Part shown: one piece after another, positions 1 to 11,791 of the stretch
Layout of the letters: each line of letters starts with the position of its first letter
Numbering within the stretch: the first letter of the stretch is position 1
Assembly: GCA_043228905.1 (NCBI GenBank)
Contig: JBHGNT010000003.1
Location: 3,658,001-3,722,000 of the forward strand
Direction: 5' to 3'
Length of the DNA stretch: 64,000 bases
Source of the DNA: Azolla caroliniana
Taxonomy: Eukaryota > Plantae > Polypodiophyta
Made by a program: the position numbers and the translations under genes
Notes under the pieces: model-generated
The model's database searches: none
The model's input: the letters and a program-made list of their open reading frames with translations, nothing else
What the model was told of the DNA's origin: nothing

Positions 1-374
1 TTGGTCTTGATCATCATCTTGATTCCACATCTATTGTGGATGACATGATGTCACAATATAGATATCTTTACATAATGTTTGGAAATGTGGACTTTGGCGT
101 ATAAAGAAGGTTGTTTTATGGCCTATGCGATTTGTCCTTTTTGCAACGCTAGTCATTGACACATCAATATAGTATTCTTGTTTCGTCCCATCATCTCTCC
201 TTGATCTTCATCTCTGTCTTCATTCTCTTGTTCGTTTCTAGTGTCTTAAGTTTCTCGCATCGTCGCTCCCAACTTCTAGACTTCTTAGCCTCGTCACTTC
301 TAGGTCCAAGTTCATAGCCCATTGCTTGTAACCCCATCATCTGTGCTCTGTCCCAGTATGCGCTTGGTGTGTCC

Positions 375-570
375 ATGACACATACGTTTCCAAACGGGAC
401 ATGCAGCCATACAATTCCATAAGGTATGCTGCATTGATTCCAAATGAAACCCACTAAAACAACAAGTTTTGATCCCCTCTTCCTTATGCATCCATTCCAA
501 GACTGGAAGTGCATAATGCACACATAACCATCTAAATGTACAACCATTTCCAAAATGACAATGTTGAATG
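375..570 (-). mobile_element. Degenerate LINE ORF2 fragment (zf-RVT region)
   Basis: Minus-strand translation MHYALPVLEWM...TCCFSGFHLESMQHTLWNCMAACPVWKRM aligns by eye with the zf-RVT of the LINE at 37647-38498 (LLHYALPIG...CCQLHEETLKHLFWTCIAARKYW). Boundaries approximate. Confidence 0.6.
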
Positions 571-1399
571 TGTAGGAATACTATTGTGTAGTGTTTTCAT
601 TAATTTTATTACATAGAATATTGTACTCTTTACTAGACCTCATTATGGTTGATGTGGTAATTCATTTAATAATATTGAGATGGTCATATGTAGTGTATGG
701 TGATGCACTACATAATAAGGAACTAACAAGTTGTAGTTGTAACTTGTGCTTATAGAATGTTACAAGCATGACATTGATTTGGCACATGACATTGATTTGG
801 CACAACTCAGAGGTAACCGAGAGGGAGAGCTTTTAGGACTGTTGAATCAATCGGGGTGGCGCTTATCGGTTCCACTATTTCGTGTTCTTGCATCGCAATG
901 GCCTGTTGCTGCTCCATGAGCCATTCTCACATATCGCTTATGTCTTGTGACTCCATTCGAGCTTCCATTAAAGCATAGGAACGCTGATGACAACAAAGGC
1001 TGTGTACAAGGATATAAGGCATATGTGGCATACCAATACTAGATCATGGAGATTATTTCTCACCATGTTTCCATTTTAGTGAGGTGACTTTCTTCATTGC
1101 AAGGAGAAGGAAAAGGATGCATCTTTTGTTTTGTAAGAGCATGATATTCTTAATAGATTGTCTCATGGTTAGCCTCTATATTTTTTTGTTATCATGGGGG
1201 TGGTAAGGAGTAATTTTCTTGCATAATTGTTCATTTTGTAGTGAATGAAAAGTAATATGTATGCTAGTTTCTGTGAAAGAAATACTATGGCTACTTCTTT
1301 TGATGAACTCTGATAGGTTATGGTTTCCTTTCCAACTTGTGAAAGAGAAGCAAGAATTTTGATAGGTTATGGTTTCCTTTCCAACTTGTGGAAGAGAAT

Positions 1400-1985
1400 C
1401 ACGAGATATTATAGTCTCTTGGAATGCATTTATTGGTGAGTATGCTAAACAAGGTCAAGGCCAGAAAGTGTTGGATTGTTTTAAACAAATTCAGAATTAT
1501 GGCATTGCCCCAGATTCTGTCACATTCACTTGCAATTTGAAGGTATGTAGCAGCATAGGAGCATTAGATAAGGGCAAACAAATTCATGGGGAGGTTGTGT
1601 ACAGGCTTCCATGGTAAAGACATTATACTGGGGACTACTTTTGTCAAACAAAGGCAATGTTATGAAGTGTTGTACGGTTTTGAGCACATACAAAGTGAGG
1701 GGCTTTCTCCAGATGCAGTCACCTTTATTTGTACATTGAATGTTTGTAGAATCATAGAAACAATGCACATAAAAGAGTAAATTCATGATAGCATCATGAG
1801 TATACAATTATTGGAGGGGGATACTATACTTGGTACTACCTTGATGGATATTTATGTCAAAGTGGGATCCTTGCAAAAGTAGAGAAAGTGCTAAAAGGGC
1901 TTCCTAATCGAAATATTGTCTCTTGGAACATGCTCATTGCTTGGTATACTAAGCATAATCAAGTTCATGAAGATTTAGTTCCTTC
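1400..1985 (+). pseudogene. PLS-class PPR pseudogene fragment
   Basis: PPR motifs (IVSWNAFIGEYAKQGQGQK, PDSVTFTCNLKVCSSIGALDKGKQIH, SPDAVTFICTLNVC, LPNRNIVSWNMLIAWY) are spread over several frames with stops and frameshifts. Confidence 0.8.
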
Positions 1986-2995
1986 AAGAAGATGCAAAAT
2001 GGGTAGTTCAAGAGGTATAGAAAAATGTAACAAGATATTCAATTTTCATCGTAATAGTGGACTATTTGGTATATTGCCTCCGTCCACTATAATTTTTAAT
2101 ATCAATGGAGGATATTTTTTATGGAAAAAAAAAACTCCTTTATGTCACTTATTTATATGTGTGTTATTCTTTTGCAACTTAACCTTGATAAGATAATAAA
2201 AAATATGTATATGATAAAATTGATTCTATATCTAGAGGACACAACTCTTCTAAGCCACTACTGATTATATGTGTGTTATTCCTTTGCAACATGTCCTCAA
2301 ACAAGATATATCATTCATATTCTTCATGCAATGAAAATCACCATTTTTGTTATGAGTATCTATTTCATGGCTCCATGTTAAGATTCTCTTGTAATTTTTT
2401 GCCCGACTACAATGGTAAAATTAGTTGCTTATGGCATCTAACTCGCTTCTATTACATATGCTCACTTGAATTGATCTCATCAAACATGATAATGTCTAAT
2501 GATTCAAACCCTAATATCATGGCGATCGTAGCATAATATAAAGTATGACCCAAATTCATTTGAAAAGAATGGTCAAGAAGGATGGATATTGGGAGTAGAC
2601 TATTTTATCTTGATCATTTGCATATGGATATATATATATATATATATCCCACCTTAATCACTTTCTTGATCTCAACCCCTAAAACTCAATTGAGTTCGTC
2701 ATTAGTCGATTATTCAATGCCAAACTTGCTCTAAATCAATTGAGCGTCACCAACTTGAAAGTGGATGACATTTTTGTACTATTACTTGGACAAATGATCT
2801 TGCTTCAAAATCGCATGAAAAAATACTCTTAGTCCTTAACTAATACACATATCTATAACGCACCTAATTACCCAACTATCTTCTTGAATATTTAGATTAA
2901 TTTTACAAATATAAACAAGCCCGTTTTTGTTTTACATTTTCTATCCTCTACTTACTCACATACATCATCATTTTCAAAGAAGGCCCACAAGGCAC

Positions 2996-3266
2996 CCAAG
3001 ATCTTATTCATAATTCCTTAGAGGCCAATCAAAATTCATGGAAGGGAAAAGGAAATGTGGCGTTGAATTGAAAATCTGAAAGACATGCAAGTTATTAGTT
3101 GTTGTATATTATCCTATGTACATTGACTTAGCCAAGATCTTATCCATAATTCCTTAGAGGCCAATCAAAATTCATGGAAGGGAAAAGGAAATGTGGAGTT
3201 GAATTGAAACGTAGAAAGACATGCAAGTTATGAGATGTTGTATATTATCCTATGTACATTGACTTA
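2996..3266. repeat. Tandem duplication, about 136 bp unit x2
   Basis: ccaagatcttat...ggaaatgtgg...cctatgtacattgactta occurs at about 2996 and about 3132. Confidence 0.85.
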
Positions 3267-3689
3267 ATTAATGGAAGTAATAATTTTTTTGGAAAAAAAA
3301 GTGAGAAGACATGCACAAGTATTTTTCCTTGAAAGATTTTTTGCAATAATATTAAAAACATCTAAAGACTACAAGTTGATGTTATCTGCCCATTGGCTTA
3401 CAACGTAGAATAAAAGGCAATGTATGTACAACCAAACATGTGCGTACAAAAACAACTTATAGAAGGGTGTTGAACCTTGATATAGTACATTAGCATGATG
3501 TTTTTATATTCAAGAAAGGGTCCATGGAAGTAGATAGTTCCATTGAAGTCTTTGATTTGACACTACAAAGAGGGGCACATGCCCAAGTATTTTGACTTTA
3601 TCTTAAGTGTAAATACACAACGTGAGAGAAGCCGAAGATTCCAAAAGCCACAAAAAATGGCCATATAAAAGCAATCGAATCCTTCTTGT

Positions 3690-3690
<1 letters not shown>

Positions 3691-3734
<44 letters not shown>
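3691..3734. repeat. (GA)n microsatellite
   Basis: About 22 GA units read directly. Confidence 0.95.
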
Positions 3735-3737
<3 letters not shown>

Positions 3738-3806
3738 GATGTAGCTCAGTTGGTAAGGTTACCCAATGGAGACCAGGTGGTCATGGGTTCAACCCCTACA
3801 TTCCAT
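3735..3806 (+). pseudogene. tRNA-like sequence (tRNA pseudogene or SINE head)
   Basis: A-box TAGCTCAGTTGG (3742-3753), B-box GGTTCAACCC (3786-3795) and an imperfect acceptor stem ATGGATG/CATTCCAT. The anticodon arm is not canonical. Confidence 0.55.
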
Positions 3807-3815
3807 AGTGGCATC

Positions 3816-3930
3816 TAGTGAAATAGAGATATATATGAAGTATATAATAGAGAAGTGAGGAAATTGGGTTGGGTTTAGTGAAATAGAGATATATATGAAG
3901 TATATAATAGAGAAGTGAGGAAATTGGGTT
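3816..3930. repeat. Tandem duplication, 60 bp period x2
   Basis: tagtgaaatagagatatatatgaagtatataatagagaagtgaggaaattgggtt at 3816 and 3876. Confidence 0.9.
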
Positions 3931-4123
3931 TCGAACCCAAGACACTAAGCATTGTTTTAATCATTGTTATGTTTATTGCTAAACTTAATTCGATTTAAAG
4001 TTTGGCTAAAACTAACCTTCCCATTTATTGTTTCCATTTATCATTCATAACTTTCCTTCACATTCAATTCAATTCTGTTCTTTCATTCATCACCTCCACA
4101 TATTCATTCATTCCATTCCTTCC

Positions 4124-4678
4124 ATGGAGAAGCCTAACCTCCTCCCACGCCCTCATCAATATGACATTACGATATGGAATACTGATGAGATCAGAGAAGC
4201 GGTCGAGAAATCGAGAGGAGCTCTACTGAACCTCTCTTCATCCTCAACCTCTCAACATCAGGCAACTGCTGATTCTAATGATCTGCTAATTAAGAAGCTC
4301 TTCCTACTCAATGTTGAGAACCTCTTCCTAGTCGATACCACCCCTGAGGAGAATGAAGATGTAGGTAAGATCGCTTATATACGATATGGTCCTGATGAAG
4401 AACGTCATGATGTACGTCGAGCTTGGAAATGGGGGAGCAGAGACATGATGCTCGATTTGAGAGATGATTCCTCTACTAAGGAACAACAACAACAACAACA
4501 ACGGATGGCCATCCTCACGGCAGCCGCCAATCTCACCGGACGAGCTGTCCATCTCCTCCACCTCAACCGACTACTTCCACCAAAGAATCAAAGACGGATT
4601 CTCAGCGAAGAGGAGGAGAGGGGTTGGGTGGAGGCTCTCTCTCTCGCTGCAGATCGTGACCGGCCTTCCTTTCTTTGA
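4124..4678 (+). CDS. 184-codon ORF (MEKPNLL...DRPSFL), probably the N-terminal module of the downstream Roco gene but 1 nt out of frame
   Basis: ATG at 4124, coding-like composition and a poly-Q tract. It ends CTT TGA at 4673-4678 and overlaps the +1 frame that runs into the ROC P-loop. Confidence 0.55.
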   Translation: MEKPNLLPRPHQYDITIWNTDEIREAVEKSRGALLNLSSSSTSQHQATADSNDLLIKKLFLLNVENLFLVDTTPEENEDVGKIAYIRYGPDEERHDVRRAWKWGSRDMMLDLRDDSSTKEQQQQQQRMAILTAAANLTGRAVHLLHLNRLLPPKNQRRILSEEEERGWVEALSLAADRDRPSFL

Positions 4679-4703
4679 AATTCAATGTGAGTCTTCTAAC
4701 AGA

Positions 4704-7528
4704 ATGGACCCTGCCATTGAGGTGCAGCTGTGGAGGAACCAGCGCAATTTCATGTTGGGATCAGATTTGAAGCGAGTGCCTGCGACCTCCATCCGATTGT
4801 TCATCTGCGGAGATCCATTCGCAGGTAAAAAACATGAATTGACCACACTCTCTCAAATACACATTAACACTTGCACTGCTTCACACATTAACACTTGCGC
4901 TACATTTTGTTTGGCGCAGGAAAGACTACTCTTGTATCTACCATGCGTTCCATGTATGGAACAAAGAGGGATAAGTTGAGAGGCCCGGTTACTGGAGAAC
5001 GCACAAAAGGAATCGAGGTGCACGCCATCAAAAAAGAGGGAATTAGAGTGACATTGTGGGACATGGCAGGCCAGCCAGAGTTCCACGCATTCCACGACTG
5101 CATGTTCCCAGACATAGGAACCAGCTCTTATCACTTCCCATCCATGTTCATGTTCCTTTGGAGTCCCATGAAGGGCGAAAGTAGCAACAGAGGGGAAAGG
5201 AAAAAAGAGTCTGACTTTGCAGAAAGTTTCACGTACTGGCTTCGGTTCCTCGCCTCCAAAAGCCGTAAGTCCATCATTCCTCTCAGAGTGATCGTTATAT
5301 GCACGCGAGCCGATCAAATGGATTTTGTCTCGATCTCTGTCTCAGATTCCATCAAGTCACTTCGATCTGAATTCAAATCTGTGATTCACATTGTCGACCC
5401 TCAATTTGATGTGGATGCCAGAAACAAAGATTCTGTCAAACCTGTAGCAGAACATGTTTTCAACACTGCCAAAGATGTTCTCCAAGGCTTTGAGCTCTAC
5501 GACATCTGCACGCAGGTAAGCAAAAACCTCTTGAATTATTCGAAGACCACAAATGAACGAATCATTACATGGGAGGAATTCAAGAAAATCTGCAATAATG
5601 ATGACAAAGCTAAATTAAATGCAATCACCATGTCCTTGAATGAGTCTGGTAACATCATATACATAAACACAATCAGACACATCATTCTTGATCCAAATTG
5701 GTTCTGCAATGAGATCATGGGCAACCTCATTAATTTCTCAAACTCTGAACGTACTATTGTATTCGACAAAGGATGCATCCCTCGACATGTTCTAGAGCAT
5801 AAGTTTGAATCCAATGCCAAATCTAATGTGAAGGGTTCGTTACTAGTAGACTTAATGGAAGCCATGCACCTATGCTGCACAGTCCCCAAAAGATCGACAG
5901 ATCTCATCTTTATCCCAGCCATATTGCCAGATGTGGGTATTCGGCAACTCCAATGGACTCGAATCGATGATAATGTTACTTTTGTGTACATGGGCAGAAG
6001 GTTAGAGTGTGAGAACAAAGACCTCACCTTTCTTACACCAGGCTTGTTTCCAAGAATTCAGGCATTATTTAGCAATGCTTTCCAATCTAAGCATGATCAT
6101 GCTGTCATCACACTCGGCAAAGATTTCATATACATTTGTTTTCCAAAGAGCGAGATCATCATCATGTTCTGCCAAGCAAAATCAAACCATGTCATAGATG
6201 TGCTAATTCGGGCCCAAAATAATACACAACAAGACATGCTAAGTACCTTAACTTTTGTGCAAAAGAGTATCATCAACAACTTGACTACAATATGCGCAGA
6301 ACCCTCAGGTGTACAAGGGGTTAAGTTGATCGAGAGCGTCATCCGGCCTGATTGCTTACTCTATCCATCAATGGTACAACATAGAGAAGATCAATGCGTG
6401 CAAGTAACTTATTTGAAGGAGCAATTAAGAAAAAAGCTTGAGCAAGGGGAGAAAGAATCATACGATTGGAAACGGACTACAGATATGCCTAATCCTCTAT
6501 CAAATGATTTAATTGCTCTCCTAGGGTTAGAGTATTATGGGGAGGTCCTAAAATCATCTAAGAAATGGTTTGAGGTGGAGGTGAAGAATTCATTGTTGGA
6601 GAATAATGAATATGTTGGTGAATCTAGGAAATATCAAAGTTATGAAGATGTGATTATGACTAGCTTGGAAAATGGCTTCATGCAAGAAGATCAATTAACA
6701 TTAGAAGAGGCAAGAGAGGTACAGTCTAGTAAGGTTATGGTGAGGTTACTTTTAAGTTTACATCATAAAATGGATGCCACTCACAATGAAGTCCTCAAGT
6801 TACACGATAAGATGGATCAAATGATCAAGGAGCTACATGAAATGCATAAAGAACTTCAAGATATGAGGATTGATGTTATAAGCAAGGTTGAGAACTCTAT
6901 AAGTAAACTATTGAAAATGGCTTTAGAAAATGAGGCTGCGAAGCAACTCCCTCGTGTCGCTCTACTTACATCTACATTCCCCGAGTCAACCATTGAGGAA
7001 CTTTTGAGATGGGTGCCTCGAACACTGGGAAGGGAAATTATTAGAATCCAGTTATACTGTGAGGATAAAAAATTGCCACACCCAGTGGAAAACCAACCTG
7101 GCATCACCCTCACCTCTTTGTCAGAGTCTCATTCAGAGTATCTAAACAAAGCTCTTCCATATATCAATGGTTTGTTTCATGTTTTGGCTATAGCCGTTAG
7201 ACTCGGTATTTCCTCTATGGTACCTATTGCAAGCTCCTTGATTCTTGATTGGACACCCCACCTCAAACTAGCAAATCAATATCCTATGATACAAAGTCAT
7301 TTTGGCTCAAAAAAGGATATATTTCTAAGTAAATTAGAGTGTGCTTCCAACGAGTGGCAAAAGTGCTTGGCATCTATATTAAGAGAAAATGGAGGTTTGA
7401 CAGACGAAAACATAGCTAAGAAGTTCCATCTCAAGCGTACCATCTACGATGAAGGTGATGGGAGTACTCGAGTTGCATGGTTATGCAAGTTTCATTATGA
7501 AGGAAAAAGGTCCTTCCCACTAGGTTAA
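4704..7528 (+). CDS. TORNADO1-like Roco protein (ROC GTPase + COR + coiled coil + TRN1-type C-terminus), no recognisable LRRs. Exons 4704(or further upstream)-4824 and 4920-7528
   Basis: A phase-1 intron 4825-4919 (GCAG|gtaaaa...ggcgcag|GAAAG) reconstitutes G1 GDPFAGKTT. Other motifs: G2 RTKGIEV, G3 LWDMAGQPEFHAFHD, G4 TRAD, G5 VDAR; COR motifs IILDPNWFC, FIPAIL, YMGRRLEC, FLTPGLFPRIQ; C-terminal FHLKRTIY...VAWLCKFH like TRN1. True start uncertain. Confidence 0.85.
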
Positions 7529-9040
7529 ATCATATCTTGTTATGTGGGTTTAAATAGAAAGGCCTATTTTCAATATTTCTTCTAAACTTTTGAATATTCC
7601 TCCTATGAACCTAGATGGGCTTTCGCAACTAAGAATAATGGAATAATTGTCTTGTTTTATAACCGATATTAATGAAGGTTATTTGTGGATTTAAATCAAG
7701 TGTACAATCATGTCTTTCTCTTATTAAATGTCTCTTCTAGGTATGTTGCATCGATTGCACAACTTCCTCTCAAACACAATTGTACCTCCTTATCAAGGCA
7801 AAACATCCAAGAATAGTTGACTAGTACTCTCAAGTTACGAAAAATAGGGCATTAAACCTCCCTTAATTATCTTGACAAAGAAGCTAGTTCCAGCCATAAT
7901 GTGGCCTAGTCTACCGCTTAATGAGCTAAACGATGTACAAAAGCACATAAAATGAGAAAAAAAAGTTGTAAATAGTTAAGAGTCACAATCACATACAAGA
8001 ATATTACTAAAACCTTGAATTGAAGCTCTCAACACGAATCTCTTTATAAGTGAATGAGAGAAAAATGTATTGTATTATCGCTTTTGGAGGTTAAATTGAA
8101 CTAGGACACCCAAAAAGAAAATTGCCACCATGTAATACATATGAAAGTGAGTATAACTCTTAATGTTCAAGAGATTTACAATATAATGGCAAAATTGAGA
8201 TTGTGATTACCATTCAAGGATTGGTTTGGTTTAGGACGTTACAGCCCATGCATCTTAAAGATTTATAAATACATTGGATTTGTTCCTAAAATTTAAACTA
8301 TTAAAAGCCAATTCTTACATCGTATCATATTCTTACATTTTCTTGCATGGGTTACATTGCTCAAATTCTTACATCTCATCCCTAACAAACCAATAATCCA
8401 TCGGTCAAATCCTTACTACATTATATAAAAAGAAGCTACTAGCTACTCCATCATTTAAGTACAATTATGTATATGTATACCAACATGGGCATATCCCTCA
8501 AACACCAAGTTGACATCCTAGAAAATGAGTTGTTTTTCAACTTCCAAATAAAGTTAGGAGTGTGTCCTCATACCTCTACATCTACCTCCACATTACCATT
8601 GCTTGGACCACTAGACACAAATATACAGATCAATTGAATATCATTGTAACTTATGCAGGCATCATTGTTGAGACAGTTGTTTGTATAGCTTTGGCATCAA
8701 TTACATGGTAAATGTGAAATTAAGTCTTGAGACAACCAAAAATTGCACATTAGAAAATATGAATCATAAGATAGGCAAGATTTTAGCATTCCATCAAACT
8801 CCAAACCTGGCTTTCTTCAAGTGGCTTTCATCTTTATCAATATCTCTTTTGTCCTTGAACTTGGTACATTCTTCTCAAAATCCATTTTTATTGCCATCAT
8901 CAAGGATTACCTTTCCCCTAGTACTCTCAGGTTTTAAGCCATTGTTCTTTAACCGAGACAAACTTTGTGCCCTAAAAGAATAAAACAAATTTATGCAGCA
9001 AAACCGAGCATTTGTGCCCTAACCGACCATTTGCACAAGG

Positions 9041-9068
9041 TTTAGGGTTTAGGGTTTAGGGTTTAGGA
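9041..9068 (+). repeat. Short interstitial plant telomeric repeat (TTTAGGG)3 TTTAGGA
   Basis: Read directly. Confidence 0.85.
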
Positions 9069-11791
9069 TTTAAATACACCTGCTCACATTGGTGTGCACC
9101 TAGTCATATTTTACTTTCCTCTTTTCCAATATATCAATGTAATGATTATGCTCCAAATTATCGTAATATTTTTCTATTTTATAAACTAGTAGAGATTTTG
9201 CGTCATCTTGCACAAAGTAGGAGTTCAAGCTATTAACAAAGACCACTTGCAGGATCTAATAAATCAGCGCATGTGCTTTGTGTCATGTTCTTGTCCATTC
9301 AACATATAAAAATTTACCAACACATGATTACATATAGATATGTAATCATTCACTCATGAATACATTGTTCAAACCATTTAGTTTAAGACGCCAGAATAGA
9401 ATGAGATAAAACAATATGGTTTTTTTGAGATGTTAGTGGTAAATCATTCTACTCCCAAATTTCATACACAAGAAACTCAAAACCTTGCACAACCCCATTC
9501 TTCTAAATGTTTTTGGGTCGTAAACCCTAAACCCTTCAATTTGCTACCATAATCATTTTCTATTGTGTCAGCTTTTTTTTCTTGATATGTTTGTGGTTTC
9601 TGTAAATATTTCTAGAAAAAACACGTTACAATGTTTTTATGTCTACATGTCTGAGGGAAACTTGATCTTCATGTGCTTTAGCCAGCTCTTTCTTCAATGG
9701 ACATAATTGATCTATAAGTTTTGGTTAATCTGCAATTCAGAATATTGCTCTTCTAGGAGACAATGAGAACTACTAACATGACCAACCCAGTTATAATTTC
9801 ATGGGGAAAATGTTTTTATTGACATTTGGTTAATGTGATAACATCCACGAGGGAGAGTAATATTTGTTAGTCTGGAAGCTCCTACGGAACAGAAGAAGAA
9901 TCATAATATCCTGTCATAATAGCTTTTAATCACAATCTAGACCATTTTCCCCATCCTTGAACTTGACCATTTTATTCACAATCTAGACCATTCGCACTGA
10001 ATACTTGTTATTAAATTTATGTTTAGGACTAGGAAAAAAGGTTGGCTCTAATGATAGGTGTTCCACATTTTAAATATTGACTTTATTTGAAATCAAAACC
10101 TTCGTTAGAGTTGCAATTAAGTAAACCATTTTTTTCTTTAATGTATTGCATACTCAAGAGGTTTGGAACATAGTACATAATACACTCCACTGCATTGGCA
10201 AACATTCTTTTTCAAAACATTCTTATGTTTTTTTAAACATTTTTTACCGTAACTTTCTTACCTTAAAAAAAATTACCTTATAATAAATAATGAATACAAA
10301 AGTATGGTATTTACCATACTTTGAGGGTGTTTACCATACTTGAATGATTGAAACATTCGAGAATGTGAATGCACATATGGTACGTATGTTTAATACTATG
10401 GTTTGGAATATACATGGATCAGATGGTCTTAACCCAAATCCTAAAGTATATTGCATCGGTGTTGAGCTCATACAAGCAGTTTCCCAGTTGGATATCAAGT
10501 GTTAATTTTAGGAGATGATAGTAAACTTTGCGATAATTTTGAAAACATATTCTTGGCATATACTCATCATGTGAATTGCACAAATAAATGCACTGCTATT
10601 CCATTGTTGCCTTTTGGAGACAGAAACAAGTGTGATACTTCATTACATGCCTAACACGTTAGATTCTAACTTTCAAACTTTGTAAGGATTTTTGTTTTAT
10701 CAATATGTACTTCAATGTACCAAGACCTAGAAATGTATCAAATAGGTGTCAAAGATCTTTTAGGAATTTTTTGCAATCACATGCATATAAACATGGTTGA
10801 GAAGTTTACAACTTTTGTACCATCACATGTATATTCCATGGGTGAGAAGCCTACATGCCTGTTTAATATTGACTTGGTGTCATGCTATAAAAATACCTCT
10901 TGATTTATACAAGAGCATGCCTTCTCTAAATCAACTTAGAGGCTATGATATTTAGATACATTAAGGGAATGAGGTGCAAATGGATCATACTGGGTAAGCC
11001 TTTGATTTCTATCCTATTTGCAATAATATACTATCATACTTTTGAAGCGGCCAAATTTCCAAGCAGGGAATTCTATTTTATCGCAATCAAATAATGACAC
11101 CAGAAATCAATTGAACTGCAGTTGACATTAAATATTGTGTGAATGTGAACTATATGGTCGTTTATAAGACATCTCTATACTTTAACTTAAACGAAACAAG
11201 GCTCTCTCGACTAGAGGACAGACTACTGGATGAGCAACCATTCAGAATTTTGTGAGGATAAAATAATTAAGAAGGTAATCTGCTTTACCAAAATGTAGAG
11301 CACAAGCCACAAATTGCATTCATGGTATCTTTTTCTGCTCTCATCAACATATTCATTGCCTCAATTATATTCCTCATGCAAAAACCCATCAATATCTCTA
11401 TTAGTCAATGCGATGTGAGATTGATTGACATGAAGGAAAATACTAAATTTGCATTAGATATTCTTTGTTATACGAGAACATTTTTTCATGAGGCACTGTA
11501 CAATATATGGCATCAAATACATACATTTCCAAATGCCATCTATACTATAGCTCTTAAGCTATGTCAAAATAATGCTTACCCACATATAGAGGTTCTAGGA
11601 GCACAAAATGTTTGAAACGAGAGAAAATTCTGCTAGGGGAAAAGATTTTCCATGAGTTTAGGAGAGAACTGATGATTAACTAACCCACTTGTAATAATAT
11701 ATCACAAAAATGTTTGAAGCTCAAGAGGGAAAAACATCTCTCAAGGGGACAGATTTTCCTATGAATCTAGAAGAGAATTGAAGATGTAACA

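Noticed and set aside
4895-4919. ORF-track start of the 877-aa protein (MRYILFGA)
   Set aside because: It is a non-ATG start inside the 4825-4919 intron; the real upstream sequence comes from the previous exon.
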